A stretch of 63,513 bases of DNA, counting the filler, from Craspedostauros australis (Eukaryota), in assembly GCA_030167865.1 (NCBI GenBank). It is 10 parts of 10 records of this genome, joined end to end, with 100 filler letters (N's around TTAATTAATTAA, not from the genome) between each part and the next. Parts side by side here need not be neighbours in the genome. Positions count along the whole stretch, not along the records: positions 1 to 10,781 come from JALAGF010005991.1; positions 10,882 to 13,334 come from JALAGF010005995.1; 8 more parts are not named here. The stretch is one strand, 5' to 3'. The translations under genes were made by a program, and so were the position numbers. The stretch's first letter is position 1. The number at the start of each line of letters is the position of its first letter. Below the pieces are notes generated by a model that saw only the letters and a program-made list of their open reading frames with translations, did no database searches and had not been told where the DNA came from. Shown here piece after piece: positions 1-13,434 of this stretch.

Positions 1-3000
1 TCATTCAATGGATCTGATTCTTCAGCACATTCAGAACAATCACATCGCTCAAAGCAATCAGACGGATCTCGGTCCCACCCTCAGTCGCAGTCTGAGGGTC
101 ACTCTCAATCTCAACTCCAGTCCCAACCAAACACACAAGGCTCCGTCACATCGCATTCCAGCAGCACAAGCCGAGCCTCGTCCAGGACTGGAGATCTATC
201 CAGCACTGGGGACCAAAGTGCAAACATGAGTCAAACAGGAGGCGTAGATAGCAGTGGCCGATCTCACAGCTCACGATCTCACAGCTCACAACCTCATTCA
301 GAGTCGTCTGGAGACTCTCACAGCAAGACATCGAACACGAGCAACAGAAGCGCACAAGCTCGTGACGTTGTCGCACCTTCGTTTGCATCTTTGCCGACAT
401 CTCCATCAGCAAGCCATGCTTCCAGCCGTGCTTCCAGCCGTGCTTCTAGCCACGCCTTCAGTCACGCTTCTAGCCACGTTTCTAGCCACGTTTCTAGCCA
501 CGTTTCTAGCCCATCGAGAGACCAATCTGTGGCCAGCAAAACAAGCAAGTCAAGCCGAGCAACCTCGGTATCAGGAGGAGGAAGCAAAGGAACTACCTCG
601 AAGCCAAAGGCATCAAGCCTATTTGATGGATCTGAGTCTGTTGAGGACGCATCGAGATCAGGGCCTGATGTGGATGATGGATTGATGCCGTGGCAAAGCG
701 ATCATGGGTCTGGATCGTCATCAGATTCATCAGATCCTTCATCGGGTTCATCCTCAGGATCATCCTCAGTATCAAACTCATCAAGGTCTGCATCTGGTGC
801 CACTTCGGGCTCAAGCTCTGGATCATCGTCCGGATCATCATCTGGATCATCGTCTGGTTCAAGATCATCCGCTCAATCCAGGTCATCAGCTCAATCTAGA
901 TCATCGGCATCCGCCCAAACCCGATCATCAGCTCAATCGAAGCCATCTGCCCAATCCAGATCTTCCAACTCATCAACACAAGGAAGTCTGCCACAACCTG
1001 CTGTCCTCCCAACCTGGGATGCCACGCCTGCCGTCGGTGACGCTGACATGGCTGCTGATGCTCCTGGATCATCCGGTCTGTTGGGATCCGACTCTGAGAT
1101 CAGCATACCGACTTTCGATGATGTGCCATGGGATGCTGGAGTGCCCAGTATCGCAGCATTTGATGACACTTCGTTGGTGAAGGATCGAGGAGTGCTGGCT
1201 GCATCTGCATCTGCATCTGCATCGACGCCGGTGTCTTCGCCTGCAGCTGCATCTGCATCAACCCCTGCACCAGAGTCGGTATCATCGAAGGGATCTCGAG
1301 GATCGAATGTGAGTCGCAGTAGCGCTAAGACTGGCAGTAGCAGCGGCAGTGGTGGGAGCGGGAAATCCGCAGAAAGATCAAGCGTGAAGTCTGACGGAGA
1401 CAGGAGTAAACCAAGCAGCCAAACATCCAGCAGAGCTTCATCAAAGGGATCATCGAAAGGATCATCCAACGCATCCCGGCCTCCATCATCGTCAGCGCCA
1501 TCGTCAGCACTATCAACAGCGCCATCAGTATCGCATACTTCCACATCTGCACCCATGTCCGTGCCGACTACTCTCCCCGATCCCTCAGCTTCATCCCGCT
1601 CATCCTCTTCATCACGATCATCTGGATCAAGGGCCAGTGGTGATGCCAGCCATTCACAACCAGGCACCATCACGGCAGCAAGTAGCGAAGCCTTCCATGG
1701 TGGCAGCCTCGCAGGAATTGCGAGTAGAAGTCAAAGCAAAAGCAACAACGATAGCTCCAAGTCAAGATCGGGATCGGGCGCAACCAGTGCAAACTCCGCT
1801 CATCAACTTCCCATCTCAGACATCATGCTTCCGTCACCACAGACAGAGCAGCAAGCTCCTGTTGATAGTGATCATGACAGTGACTACGGCAGCAGATCCA
1901 GATCTAGTCGATCTGTGTCTACACGCCAATCACATGGAAGCTCGATGATGGGTGGCAGTCAGTCACAGAGATCGCGGGCCTCATACACGTCGAAGCAGTC
2001 TCGCGCATCATCACAGTCGCACTCATCGCAGCAGTCCAATACATCCCAACACACGCAGGACTCTCAATCATCTCACACACGACAGAGTCACAGCAGCAGC
2101 AACATCAATGGCAGCAATGCAAATCACAGTGTTGACAATAACAGTGGTAGTGGTAGCGGTAGCGATCGCAGCAGAGGTGATAGATTTGATCTTGATGCTT
2201 CTGCCAGCAGTCGTTCTACCGCCACTGGTTCTCACTCGCGATCCAGGCACTCACAGTCACACACACGGTCAGAATCAGGGTCTGAATCAGCTTTTGGATC
2301 AGATCCACAACTGCAGCGGCGACTGGATCCACCTACATCCTCATTCGAGGTGGATCCACCACGAGATGCTGCATCTCCAGTTGGAGACAACAGCAGCAGA
2401 GTACAGGAATCATCGGTGGTGGAGACTCAAACTGATCCGTACCCATCGGACCAGATCGGTGACACCCACAGCTTTGATGAAAGTCAGCGATCAGGGAGCC
2501 ATGACAGCGAAGTGCCCCAGTCTCCCACGCACTCCAATGCATCTGGTACATCCAGAAGGTCTGGCAGATCGACCGGATCTAGCACATTGAGCTCAAGATC
2601 GCGATCATCTTTCTCATCAGCGTCGGCATCAGCATCAACATCGACATCCGTATCTGCAGGATCAAGTCGATCAGCCGTATCAGAGTACTCAGCTAGATCT
2701 ACATCGTCCAGGTCAAAGTTACAGTCTGGTGCTTCTCGGGTATCCCACCCGTCAAGCTCCGCCTCGTCCAAATCATCCCACCGGTCAGTTGGCGCGTCTG
2801 CAGGTTCCACAAACTCAAAAAGATCACTGGGGTCAGAAGAATCAGATAGATCCCGATCCNNNNNNNNNNNNNNNNNNNNNNNNNNNNNNNNNNNNNNNNN
2901 NNNNNNNNNGAATCATCGGTGGTGGAGACTCAAACTGATCCGTACCCATCGGACCAGATCGGTGACACCCACAGCTTTGATGAAAGTCAGCGATCAGGGA

Positions 3001-6000
3001 GCCATGACAGCGAAGTGCCCCAGTCTCCCACGCACTCCAATGCATCTGGTACATCCAGAAGGTCTGGCAGATCGACCGGATCTAGCACATTGAGNTCAAG
3101 ATCGCGATCATCTTTCTCATCAGCGTCGGCATCAGCATCAACATCGACATCCGTATCTGCAGGATCAAGTCGATCAGCCGTATCAGAGTACTCAGCTAGA
3201 TCTACATCGTCCAGGTCAAAGTTACAGTCTGGTGCTTCTCGGGTATCCCACCCGTCAAGCTCCGCCTCGTCCAAATCATCCCACCGGTCAGTTGGCGCGT
3301 CTGCAGGTTCCACAAACTCAAAAAGATCACTGGGGTCAGAAGAATCAGATAGATCCCGATCCCACTCTCGATCTCAGTCTGAAGCCCAGTCTCAGGCTGA
3401 CGTTCAGTCCCAGTCACGGACACAAGACTCAGTACGATCGTATTCCAACAAGACAGACCGACCTCCAACCGGATCTGTGGCGTCAGCAGCGTCAGTCGGA
3501 CCAGGCTCTGTCTCTGGGTCATCGAGATCATCTGTCCAATCCAAGTCATCTCATTCATCTCATTCATCCAGATCATCAGCTCAATCCAGGTCATCAGCTC
3601 AATCTGGATCATCGGCATCATCCAGACCATCCAACTCTTCCAGATCCTCCAAGTCTTCCAAGTCATCTGCCCAATCCAGATCTTCCAACTCATCAACACA
3701 AGGAAGTCTCCCACAGCCTGCTGTCCTCCCAACCTGGGATGCTACGCCTGCCGTCGGTGACGCTGACATGGCTGCTGATGCTCCTGGAGCATCCGGTCTG
3801 TTGGGATCCGACTCTGAGATCAGCATACCGACTTTCGATGATGTGCCATGGGATGCTGGAGTGCCCAGTATCTCAGCACTTGATGACACTTCGTTGGTGA
3901 AGGATCGAGGAGTGCTGGCTGCATCTGCATCGGCGTCGGTGTCAGCATCGACATCATCGAAGGGATCTCGAGGATCGAATGTGAGTCGCAGTAGTGGTAG
4001 CAGCATCAGCGATAAAAGTGGCAAGTCCACAGGAAGATCAAGCGCGACGTCGGATGGAAGCAAGATCAATACCTTCAGGAAAGCATCCAGTCGGACTTCA
4101 TCCAAGAGATATCTCCCCCCACCATCTCCAAAGCCATCGCCAGTGCCAGTGCCATCAGAACCTCAAACTTCTTTTGCGCCCTCTTCTGTGCCGACCCATC
4201 CTCCAAAGGCCTCGGCTTCATCGAGACCATCCTTTTCATCAAGATCATCTGGATCAAGGGCCAGTGGTGATGCCAGTCATGCACAACCAGACATCATCAC
4301 ATCAACAAGTGGCGAAACCTTCCATGGTGGCAGCCTCGCAGGAAGTGCGAGCAGAAGTCAAAGCAAAAGCAACAGCGACAGCTCGAGATCAAGATCTGGG
4401 TCAAGATCGGGATTACGAGCAACCAGTGCAAACTCCGCTCATCAACTCCCCATCTCAAACATCATGGTTCCGTCACCACAGACAGAGCAGCAAGTTCCTG
4501 TTGATAGTGATCATGACAGTGACTACGGCAGCAGATCTAGATCTAGTCGATCTGTGTCTACACGTCAATCTCATGGAAGCTCGATGATAGGTGGCAGTCA
4601 GTCACAGAGATCGCAACCATCACAGTCATCGCGACAGTCTGAGACATCTCAGCACTCGAACCAATCTCAAGCATCTCGTACAGCACCAAGTCACGCCAGC
4701 AACGGCAGCAAGACCAGCAACGTGAGTCAGATCAGTAGAGATGGAATCCAACATCGATCGTCGCGCAACGATACTCCGAATGAANNNNNNNNNNNNNNNN
4801 NNNNNNNNNNNNNNNNNNNNNNNNNNNNNNNNNNATCGTCGCGCAACGATACTCCGAATGAAGATGGATCGTTATCATTCGCCAGTGCTCGCGGGTCGTT
4901 TGGATCAAGTTTCAACAGTCTTGGTGGCGACGATAGGACTGGTGCGAGTGGGAGTCAGGTCAGTGGTAGCGATCGTAGCAGAGGCGATGGATTTGATCTT
5001 GATGCTTCTGCGAGCAGTCGTTCTACCGCCACTGGTTCTCACTCGCGATCCAGACACTCACAGTCACACACACGGTCAGAATCAGAATCAGGGTCTGAAT
5101 CAGCTTTTGGATCAGATCCACAACTGCAGCGGCGACTGGATCCACCTACATCCCCATATGAGGCGAATCCACCACGAGATGTTGCATCTCCAGTTGGAGA
5201 CAACAGCAGCAGAGTACAGGAATCATCGGTGGTGGAGACTCAAACTGATCCGTACCCATCGGACCAGATCGGTGACACCCACAGCTTTGATGAAAGTCAG
5301 CGACCAGAGAATCATGACAGCGAAGTGCCCCAGTCTCCCACGCACTCCAATGTTTCTGGTACATCCAGGAGGTCTGGCAGATCGACCGGATCTAGCACAT
5401 TGAGTTCAAGATCACGATCATCTTTCGCATCAGCGTCAGCATCCGCATCGCGATCGTCACAAGGGAGCTTCAGCAACACATCGGCATCCGCATCGGCATC
5501 GGCATCCGCATCGGCATCCGCATCGGCATCCGTATCTGCAGGATCAAGTCGATCAGACATGTCATCAAACTCAGAGAGATCGGGACACTCAGAAGAATCA
5601 GATGGATCCCGACCCGACTCTCGATCTCATTCCGAAGCGCAGTCTGACGTTCAGTCCCAGTCACGGACACAATATTCAGTTCAATCGCATTCCAGCAAGA
5701 CAGACCGACCTTCAACCGGATCTGTGACTTCAGCAGCGTCGGTTACACCAGGCTCTGTCTCTGGGTCATCGAGATCATCATCTGGTTCGTCATCTGGTTC
5801 AAGATCATCCGCTCAATCCAGGTCATCAGTTCAATCTAAATCATCGGCATCCGACCAAACCCGATCATCGGCTCAATCGAAGTCATCTGCCCAATCCAGA
5901 TCTTCCAACTCATCAACACAAGGAAATCTGCCACAGTCTGCTGTCCTCCCAACCCGGGACACCACGCCTGCTATAGGTGACGCTGACACGGCTGCTGATG

Positions 6001-9000
6001 CTCCTGGATCATCCGGTCTGTTGGGATCCGACTCTGAGATCAGCATACCGACTTTCGATGATGTGCCATGGGATGCTGGAGTGCCCAGTATCACAGCACT
6101 TGATGACACTTCGTTGGTGAAGGATCGAGGAGTGCTGGCTGCATCGGCATCGGCGTCGGCGTCGGTGTCAGCATCGACATCATCGAAGGGATCTCGAGGA
6201 TCGAATGTGAGTCGCAGTAGCGCTAAGACTGGCAGTAGCAGCGGCAGTGGTGGGAGCGGGAAATCCGCAGAAAGATCAAGCGTGAAGTCTGACGGAGACA
6301 GGAGTAAACCAAGCAGCCAAACATCCAGCAGAGCTTCATCAAAGGGATCATCGAAAGGATCATCCAACGCATCCCGGCCTCCATCATCGTCAGCGCCATC
6401 GTCAGCACTATCAACAGCGCCATCAGTATCGCATACTTCCACATCTGCACCCATGTCCGTGCCGACTACTCTCCCCGATCCCTCAGCTTCATCCCGCTCA
6501 TCCTCTTCATCACGATCATCTGGATCAAGGGTCAGTGGTGATGCCAGCCATTCACAACCAGGCGCCATCACAGCAACAAGTGGCGAAACCTTCCATGGTG
6601 GCAGCCTCGCAGGAAGTGCGAGTAGAAGTCAAAGCAGAAGCAAAAGCAAGAGCAACAGCAACAGCGATAGCTCCAAGTCAAGATCTGGATCAAGATCGGG
6701 ATCGGGCGCAGCCAGTGCAAACTCCGCTCATCAACTTCCCATCTCAGACATCATGGTTCCGTCACCACAGACAGAGCAGCAAGCTCCTGTTGATAGTGAT
6801 CATGACAGTGACTACGGCAGCAGATCCAGATCTAGTCGATCTGTGTCTACACGCCAATCACATGGAAGCTCGATGATGGGTGGCAGTCAGTCACAGAGAT
6901 CGCAAGCCTCATACACGTCGAAGCAGTCTCGTGCATCCAACAAATCACTCATTTCTCCACAGTCTCGCGCATCATCACAGTCGCACTCATCGCAGCAGTC
7001 CAATACATCCCAACACACGCAGCACTCTCAATCATCTCACACACGACAGAGTCACAGCAGCAGCAACATCAATGGCAGCAATGCAAATCACAGTGTTGAC
7101 AATAACAGTGGTAGTGGGAGCGATCGTAACAGAGGCGATGGATTTGATCTTGATGCTTCTGCCAGCAGTCGTGCTACCGCCACTGGTTCTCACTCGCGAT
7201 CCAGGCACTCACAGTCACACTCACGGTTACAGTCACGGTCTGAATCAGAATCAGGGTCTGAATCAGCTTTTGGATCAGATCCACAACTGCAGCGGCGACT
7301 GGATCCACCTACATCCCCATATGAGGCGAATCCACCACGAGATGCTGCATCTCCAGTTGGAGACAACAGCAGCAGAGTACAGGAATCATCGGTGGTGGAG
7401 ACTCAAACTGATCNNNNNNNNNNNNNNNNNNNNNNNNNNNNNNNNNNNNNNNNNNNNNNNNNNNNNNNNNNNNNNNNNNNNNNNNNNNNNNCGAAGTGCC
7501 CCAGTCTCCCACGCACTCCAATGCATCTGGTACATCCAGAAGGTCTGGCAGATCGACCGGATCTAGCACATTGAGTTCAAGATCGCGATCATCTTTCTCA
7601 TCAGCGTCGGCATCAGCATCAACATCGACATCCGTATCTGCAGGATCAAGTCGATCAGCCGTATCAGAGTACTCAGCTAGATCTACATCGTCCAGGTCAA
7701 AGTTACAGTCTGGTGCTTCTCGGGTATCCCACCCGTCAAGCTCCGCCTCGTCCAAATCATCCCACCGGTCAGTTGGCGCGTCTGCAGGTTCCACAAACTC
7801 AAAAAGATCACTGGGGTCAGAAGAATCAGATAGATCCCGATCCAACTCTCGATCTCAGTCTGAAGCCCAGTCTCAGGCTGACGTTCAGTCTCAATCACGG
7901 ACACAAGATTCGGTACGATCGTATTCCAACAAGCCAGACCGACCTCCAACCGGATCTGTGGCGTCAGCAGCGTCAGTCGGACCAGGCTCTGTCTCTGGGT
8001 CATCGAGATCATCTGTCCAATCCAAGTCATCTCATTCATCTCAATCATCCAGATCGTTCACTCAATCCAGGTCGTCAGCTCAATCTGGATCATCGGCATC
8101 ATCCAGACCATCCAACTCTTCCAGATCCTCCAAGTCTTCCAAATCATCTGCCCAATCCAGATCTTCCAACTCATCAACACAAGGAAGTCTCCCACAGCCT
8201 GCTGTCCTCCCAACCTGGGACACCACGCCTGCCGTCGGTGACGCTGACACGGCTGCTGATGCTCCTGGATCATCCGGTCTGTTGGGATCCGACTCCGAGA
8301 TCAGCATACCGACTTTCGATGATGTGCCATGGGATGTTGGAGTGCCCAGTATCNCAGCANTTGATGACACTTCNTTGGTGAAGGATCGAGGAGTGCTGGC
8401 TGCATCTGCATCTGCATCGACGCCNGTGTCTTCGCCTGCAGCTGCANCNGCNTCCGNANCNNTGTCGGTNNCAGNNTCGNNATCATCGAAGGGATCTCGA
8501 GGATCGAATGTGAGTCGCAGTAGCGCTCAGACTGGCAGTAGCAGCGGCAGTGGCGAGAGCGGGAAGTCTGCAGAAAGATCAAGCGTGAAGTCTGACGGAG
8601 ACAGGAGTAAACCAAGCAGCCAAGCATCCAGCAGAGCTTCATCAAAGGGATCATCGAAAGGATCATCGAGCAGGATCTCGTCGAAGGCTGCGGCGAAGTC
8701 TTCATCCAAGCGATCTCTCCCCCCACCATCTCCAAAGCCATCGCCAGTGCCAGTGCCATCAGAACCTCAAACTTCTTTTGCGCCCTCTTCTGTGCCGACN
8801 NNNNNNNNNNNNNNNNNNNNNNNNNNNNNNNNNNNNNNNNNNNNNNNNNTTCGTTGGTGAAGGATCGAGGAGTGCTGGCTGCATCTGCATCTGCATCGAC
8901 GCCCGTGTCTTCGCCTGCAGCTGCACCGGCGTCCGTATCGGTGTCGGTGTCAGCATCGACATCATCGAAGGGATCTCGAGGATCGAATGTGAGTCGCAGT

Positions 9001-10781
9001 AGCGCTCAGACTGGCAGTAGCAGCGGCAGTGGCGAGAGCGGGAAGTCTGCAGAAAGATCAAGCGTGAAGTCTGACGGAGACAGGAGTAAACCAAGCAGCC
9101 AAGCATCCAGCAGAGCTTCATCAAAGGGATCATCGAAAGGATCATCGAGCAGGATCTCGTCGAAGGCTGCGGCGAAGTCTTCATCCAAGCGATCTCTCCC
9201 CCCACCATCTCCAAAGCCATCGCCAGTGCCAGTGCCATCAGAACCTCAAACTTCTTTTGCGCCCTCTTCTGTGCCGACCCGTCCTCCAAAGGTCTCAGCT
9301 TCATCTCGCTCATCCTCTTCATCAAGTCCATCCTCTTCATCAAGATCATCTGGATCAAGGGCCAGTGGTGATGCCAGTCATTCACAACCAGACATCATCA
9401 CATCAACAAGTGGCGAAGCCTTCCATGGTGGCAACCTCGCAGGAAGTGCGAGTAGAAGTCAAAGCAAAAGCAAGAGCAACAGCGACAGCTCCAAGTCAAG
9501 ATCGGGATCAAGATCGGGATCGGGCGCAACCAGTGCAAACTCCGCTCATCAACTCCCCATCTCAGACATCATGGTTCCGTCACCACAGACAGAGCAGCAA
9601 GTTCCTGTTGATAGTGATCATGACAGTGACTACGGCAGCAGATCTAGATCTAGTCGATCTGTGTCTACACGCCAATCACTTGGAAGCTCGATGATGGGTG
9701 GCAGTCAGTCACAGAGATCGCAATCATCACAGTCATCGCGACAATCTGAGACATCTCAGTACTCTAACCAATCTCAAGCATCTCGTACAGCACCAAGTCA
9801 CGCCAGTAACGGCAGCAAGACCAGCAACGTGAGTCAGATCAGTAGAGATGGAATCCAACATCGATCGTCGCGCAACGATACTCCGAATGAAGATGGATCG
9901 TTATCATTCGCCAGTGCTCGCGGGTCGTTTGGATCAAGTTTCAACAGCCTTGGTGGCGATGACAGGACGGGTGCGAGTGGGAGTCAGGCCAGTGGTAGCG
10001 ATCGTAGCAGAGGTGATGGATTTGATCTTGATGCTTCTGCCAGCACTCGCTCCAGTGTTTTCGGTACTTCTGGCAGGTCTGAATGGTCTGGTAGGTCTGG
10101 TAAATCAGACAGGTCTGGTACGTCGAATAGATCAGAAAGATCGACCGGGCACGGTACATCGAGTTCAAGATCATCTTTCGCATCAGCGTCACCATCCCGA
10201 TCGTCGCAGGCAAGCCTGAGCAACCGATCTACACCTGCAGGGCTGATCCAATCTGGAATATTGATGCACTCGGGCGGATCTGGATCTTCAAAATCCAAGA
10301 CAAGATCTGTTGCAGCTGAAGGTCTCGGGTCCGTTGTGTCTGAATCTTCACATCGTTCATTCAATGGATCTGATTCTTCAGCACATTCAGAACAATCACA
10401 TCGCTCAAAGCAATCAGACGGATCTCGGTCCCACCCTCAGTCGCAGTCTGAGGGTCACTCTCAATCTCAACTCCAGTCCCAACCAAACACACAAGGCTCC
10501 GTCACATCGCATTCCAGCAGCACAAGCCGAGCCTCGTCCAGGACTGGAGATCTATCCAGCACTGGGGACCAAAGTGCAAACATGAGTCAAACAGGAGGCG
10601 TAGATAGCAGTGGCCGATCTCACAGCTCACGATCTCACAGCTCACAACCTCATTCAGAGTCGTCTGGAGACTCTCACAGCAAGACATCGAACACGAGCAA
10701 CAGAAGCGCACAAGCTCGTGACGTTGTCGCACCTTCGTTTGCATCTTTGCCGACATCTCCATCAGCAAGCCATGCTTCCAG
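1..10781 (+). CDS. Interior fragment of a giant, Ser-rich, intrinsically disordered modular repeat protein (both ends missing; roughly 3,000+ aa visible)
   Basis: Frame 1 is open from base 1 ([13 protein letters not shown]...) into ORF 226..3093. ORFs 2919..7574, 7496..8860 and 8854..10833 continue the same protein, with frame changes only at N gaps. It is S/R/G/Q/A-rich with recurring modules, and length variants between module copies keep the frame. Confidence 0.8.
960..9720 (+). repeat. Intragenic repeat modules of the Ser-rich gene
   Basis: Module A ([18 protein letters not shown]...[20 protein letters not shown]...KDRGVLAAS) at ~970, ~3690, ~5910, ~8170. Module B ([39 protein letters not shown]) at ~1786, ~4425, ~6715, ~9530. 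Module C ([17 protein letters not shown]...[21 protein letters not shown]) at ~2280, ~5095, ~7255. Confidence 0.9.
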
Positions 10782-10881
10782 NNNNNNNNNNNNNNNNNNN
10801 NNNNNNNNNNNNNNNNNNNNNNNNNTTAATTAATTAANNNNNNNNNNNNNNNNNNNNNNNNNNNNNNNNNNNNNNNNNNNN
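10782..10881. other. Artificial scaffold linker (44N-TTAATTAATTAA-44N)
   Basis: The same 12-mer with stops in all six frames, embedded in Ns, occurs at 10826, 13379, 15503, 19606, 21589, 30763, 52040, 55007 and 61220. Confidence 0.97.
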
Positions 10882-13334
10882 GGCGGATACTCCGATCGAG
10901 GCAGAGTCAAGACTTATCCCGCGGCAGTATCGAGCGCAGCGAGCAGGAGTGCTGCAACCCAACAGAATCGACGGCAGAGTCGACACGGACACGTTCTTCT
11001 CTACCGTCCAGTCCATCAGGCACTACAAGTGTTTCCAGCTATTCTCACACAGCCAGTCGAAATTCATCTGGGCGAAGCCACTGAGCCGTGAGGCCATGGC
11101 GCCAGGGGCGCTCACGGATTTCATCATCCGCGTCGGCGCTCCGGATCTGCTCGTATCAGACAATTCGCAGGTGCAGTCGGGCAAGGCGTGGAAGGCGGTC
11201 ACATCCCGCTATCTGATCAAGCATCAGTTCACTGTGCCCATGAATCAGAACCAGAACCACGCAGAACGGGCGATCGGCGATGTCAAGCGGCATGCATACC
11301 AGCTTCTGTGGGCCGCATCGGCTCCACTCTCATTCTGGTGCTACGCTGTGCAGCACGCGATCGACGCATGGAATTACACGGCGAAGGCAAGCCTCCAATG
11401 GCGCACTCCAATCGAGATCCTTCATGGCAACACTCCCGATATCTCGATGTTTCGCTTCACGTTCTTCCAACCCGTATGGTTCTTCGAACCCATGACCAAA
11501 TTCCCTAACCATCCATTCAAGCCAGGGTACTTCCTTGGCATCGCATGGAACCACGGCGATCCATTCACCTACAATATATGGTCACCACGAGGCGACGACG
11601 TCACGAAAGGCACCGCGCTTGTGCGCAACATCGTCAAGCCGCGTGTCGTTGAAGACGCCGTTCCTCCGCGCATCACCGGCGCGGAGATCAACCGCATCGC
11701 TCGACTGGACATCATCCACACCACTACGCGCGGCGAATCCGGCGAACGCGCCAGAACCAAGACTTTGCCGGCGGAGCTCGCTCGACAGGTCCGTGAGGCC
11801 ATCGACGCGATTGCTGTGCAGTCAGGGGCGGCGGCGGGTCCACCGGAGCCGGAGATGCAGGAGGTCAGGGGCGTATCCGGGAACAACACAACGCCAGCAG
11901 GCGCGGCTGACCGATGGTTCGGTCAACCAAATATAATTCCCAACGACGGCGACGTGCCGGAACATAATGCACACGGCGTCATCTCGGATGACGACGGCGA
12001 CGCATCCACGGGTAACATCTCTGAGGAGACCGATGACTCCGACGTCACGGCGATGCCAGATCCTCCGGAGCACCGCTCTCAGGGGCGTGAGTCCTCTCTC
12101 ATTGAGAGAGAGCATGACGAGCTGTTCCGAAATCAGGTCGAAAACGAGAAATCTGACGACTTGGCAATCAACTCCATCCTCAGCCACGCATTCAGAGACG
12201 GACATCTACACTTCAACGTGCAATGGTCCAATACTGAAACGCAATGGTTCCGATATGACGTGATCCGCGCCGACCATCCCGAAATGGTGGCACGATACAT
12301 CATTGACAACGAACCACGACGCAACGGTCGACACAATCGACAATCACAAGTCCTACTCAAATGGGCGAAACATGCTCTGCGAGCCATCAGGCGCAGAATC
12401 AGACGAATCGAGCAAACTCGAGTCTTCACAACGGATGAGAACGACAACATCATCATCATCAGACGAATCCGTCCAGGCAAGAAGAAGCCGAAACGAGACT
12501 ACTTCGCCACTGTATATCAATACGGTGTCGAGGTCCCACGCAACATGAAACATGCATTGCAACTGGATGAAGCCAACGGGGATCACCAATGGAGAGACGC
12601 AGCGAAGAAAGAGATCGACGCATTGATCGAACTAGACTGCTTCACATTCCACCCACCGACATACCAACCACCAGCAGACTACCAGAGCACGAAACTCCGA
12701 CTCATATTCGCGGTCAAGCAAGATCTGCGACGTAAGGGGCNNNNNNNNNNNNNNNNNNNNNNNNNNNNNNNNNNNNNNNNNNNNNNNNNNGCATCTCATC
12801 GAGCTGGCGGACAACATCCGAGTCTACTCTTCAACCGTCAAGTCGACAAGCGTCCGCATCCTTGATGCAATAGCCGATGCAAACAACCTGCAACAGCTAT
12901 GTGGCGACGTCGGCAATGCATTCGTCAATGCATACACCAATGAGAAGATCTACGCGACAGCAGGAAAGGCATTCGACGACAAAGAAGGACAAGTCATCGT
13001 GCTCAAGAAAGCACTGTACGGTCTTCGGTCGAGCGCTCAACGNTTNCATGCNCACTTCGCNAANANTCTCTCATCAATGGGATTCACGCCATCCCGNCAN
13101 GATCAAGATGTATGNATCCAGCGCAGAGACGACTCTGGCTACGACTACATCTGCACCCACGTGGACGACTTCAAGATAGTCGCCAAAGACCCAGATCAGT
13201 ACATAAAAGCAATCCAACAAGTCTACACAGTCAAAGACATCGGACCGCCAAAGTACTATCTCGGCAACGATTATTCCAGGAACGCAAAAGGAAAATGGAG
13301 CGTCGGATGCGACAAATACATTTCCAATGCGCTG
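10882..13334 (+). mobile_element. pol: Ty1/Copia (CoDi-type) LTR retrotransposon pol fragment: integrase core, chromodomain-like segment, reverse transcriptase
   Basis: Integrase DDE context (DTFF / VSDNSQ / QNHAERAIG). RT start YGVEVPRNMKHALQLDEANGDHQWRDAAKKEI, then FAVKQDLRRKG, GDVGNAF, KALYGL and YICTHVDDF. The IN-before-RT order is Copia-type. The frame changes only at the 12741-12790 gap. Confidence 0.93.
12161..12305 (+). other. Chromodomain-like segment between integrase and RT
   Basis: LAINSILSHAFRDGHLHFNVQWSNTETQWFRYDVIRADHPEMVARYI follows the chromo pattern (xIxxH...VxW...TW...). Confidence 0.65.
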
Positions 13335-13434
13335 NNNNNNNNNNNNNNNNNNNNNNNNNNNNNNNNNNNNNNNNNNNNTTAATTAATTAANNNNNNNNNN
13401 NNNNNNNNNNNNNNNNNNNNNNNNNNNNNNNNNN

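Noticed and set aside
146..10768. Numerous antisense and alternate-frame ORFs over the Ser-rich gene, and likewise over the pol, FAS1 and STAND genes
   Set aside because: Shadow ORFs produced by biased codon use and repetition; none has independent motifs.
1..10781. Calling the Ser-rich protein a silaffin, mucin or SR splicing factor
   Set aside because: Lys-based KxxK motifs are sparse, Thr/Pro is not dominant, no RRM is present, and the termini are missing, so secretion cannot be judged.
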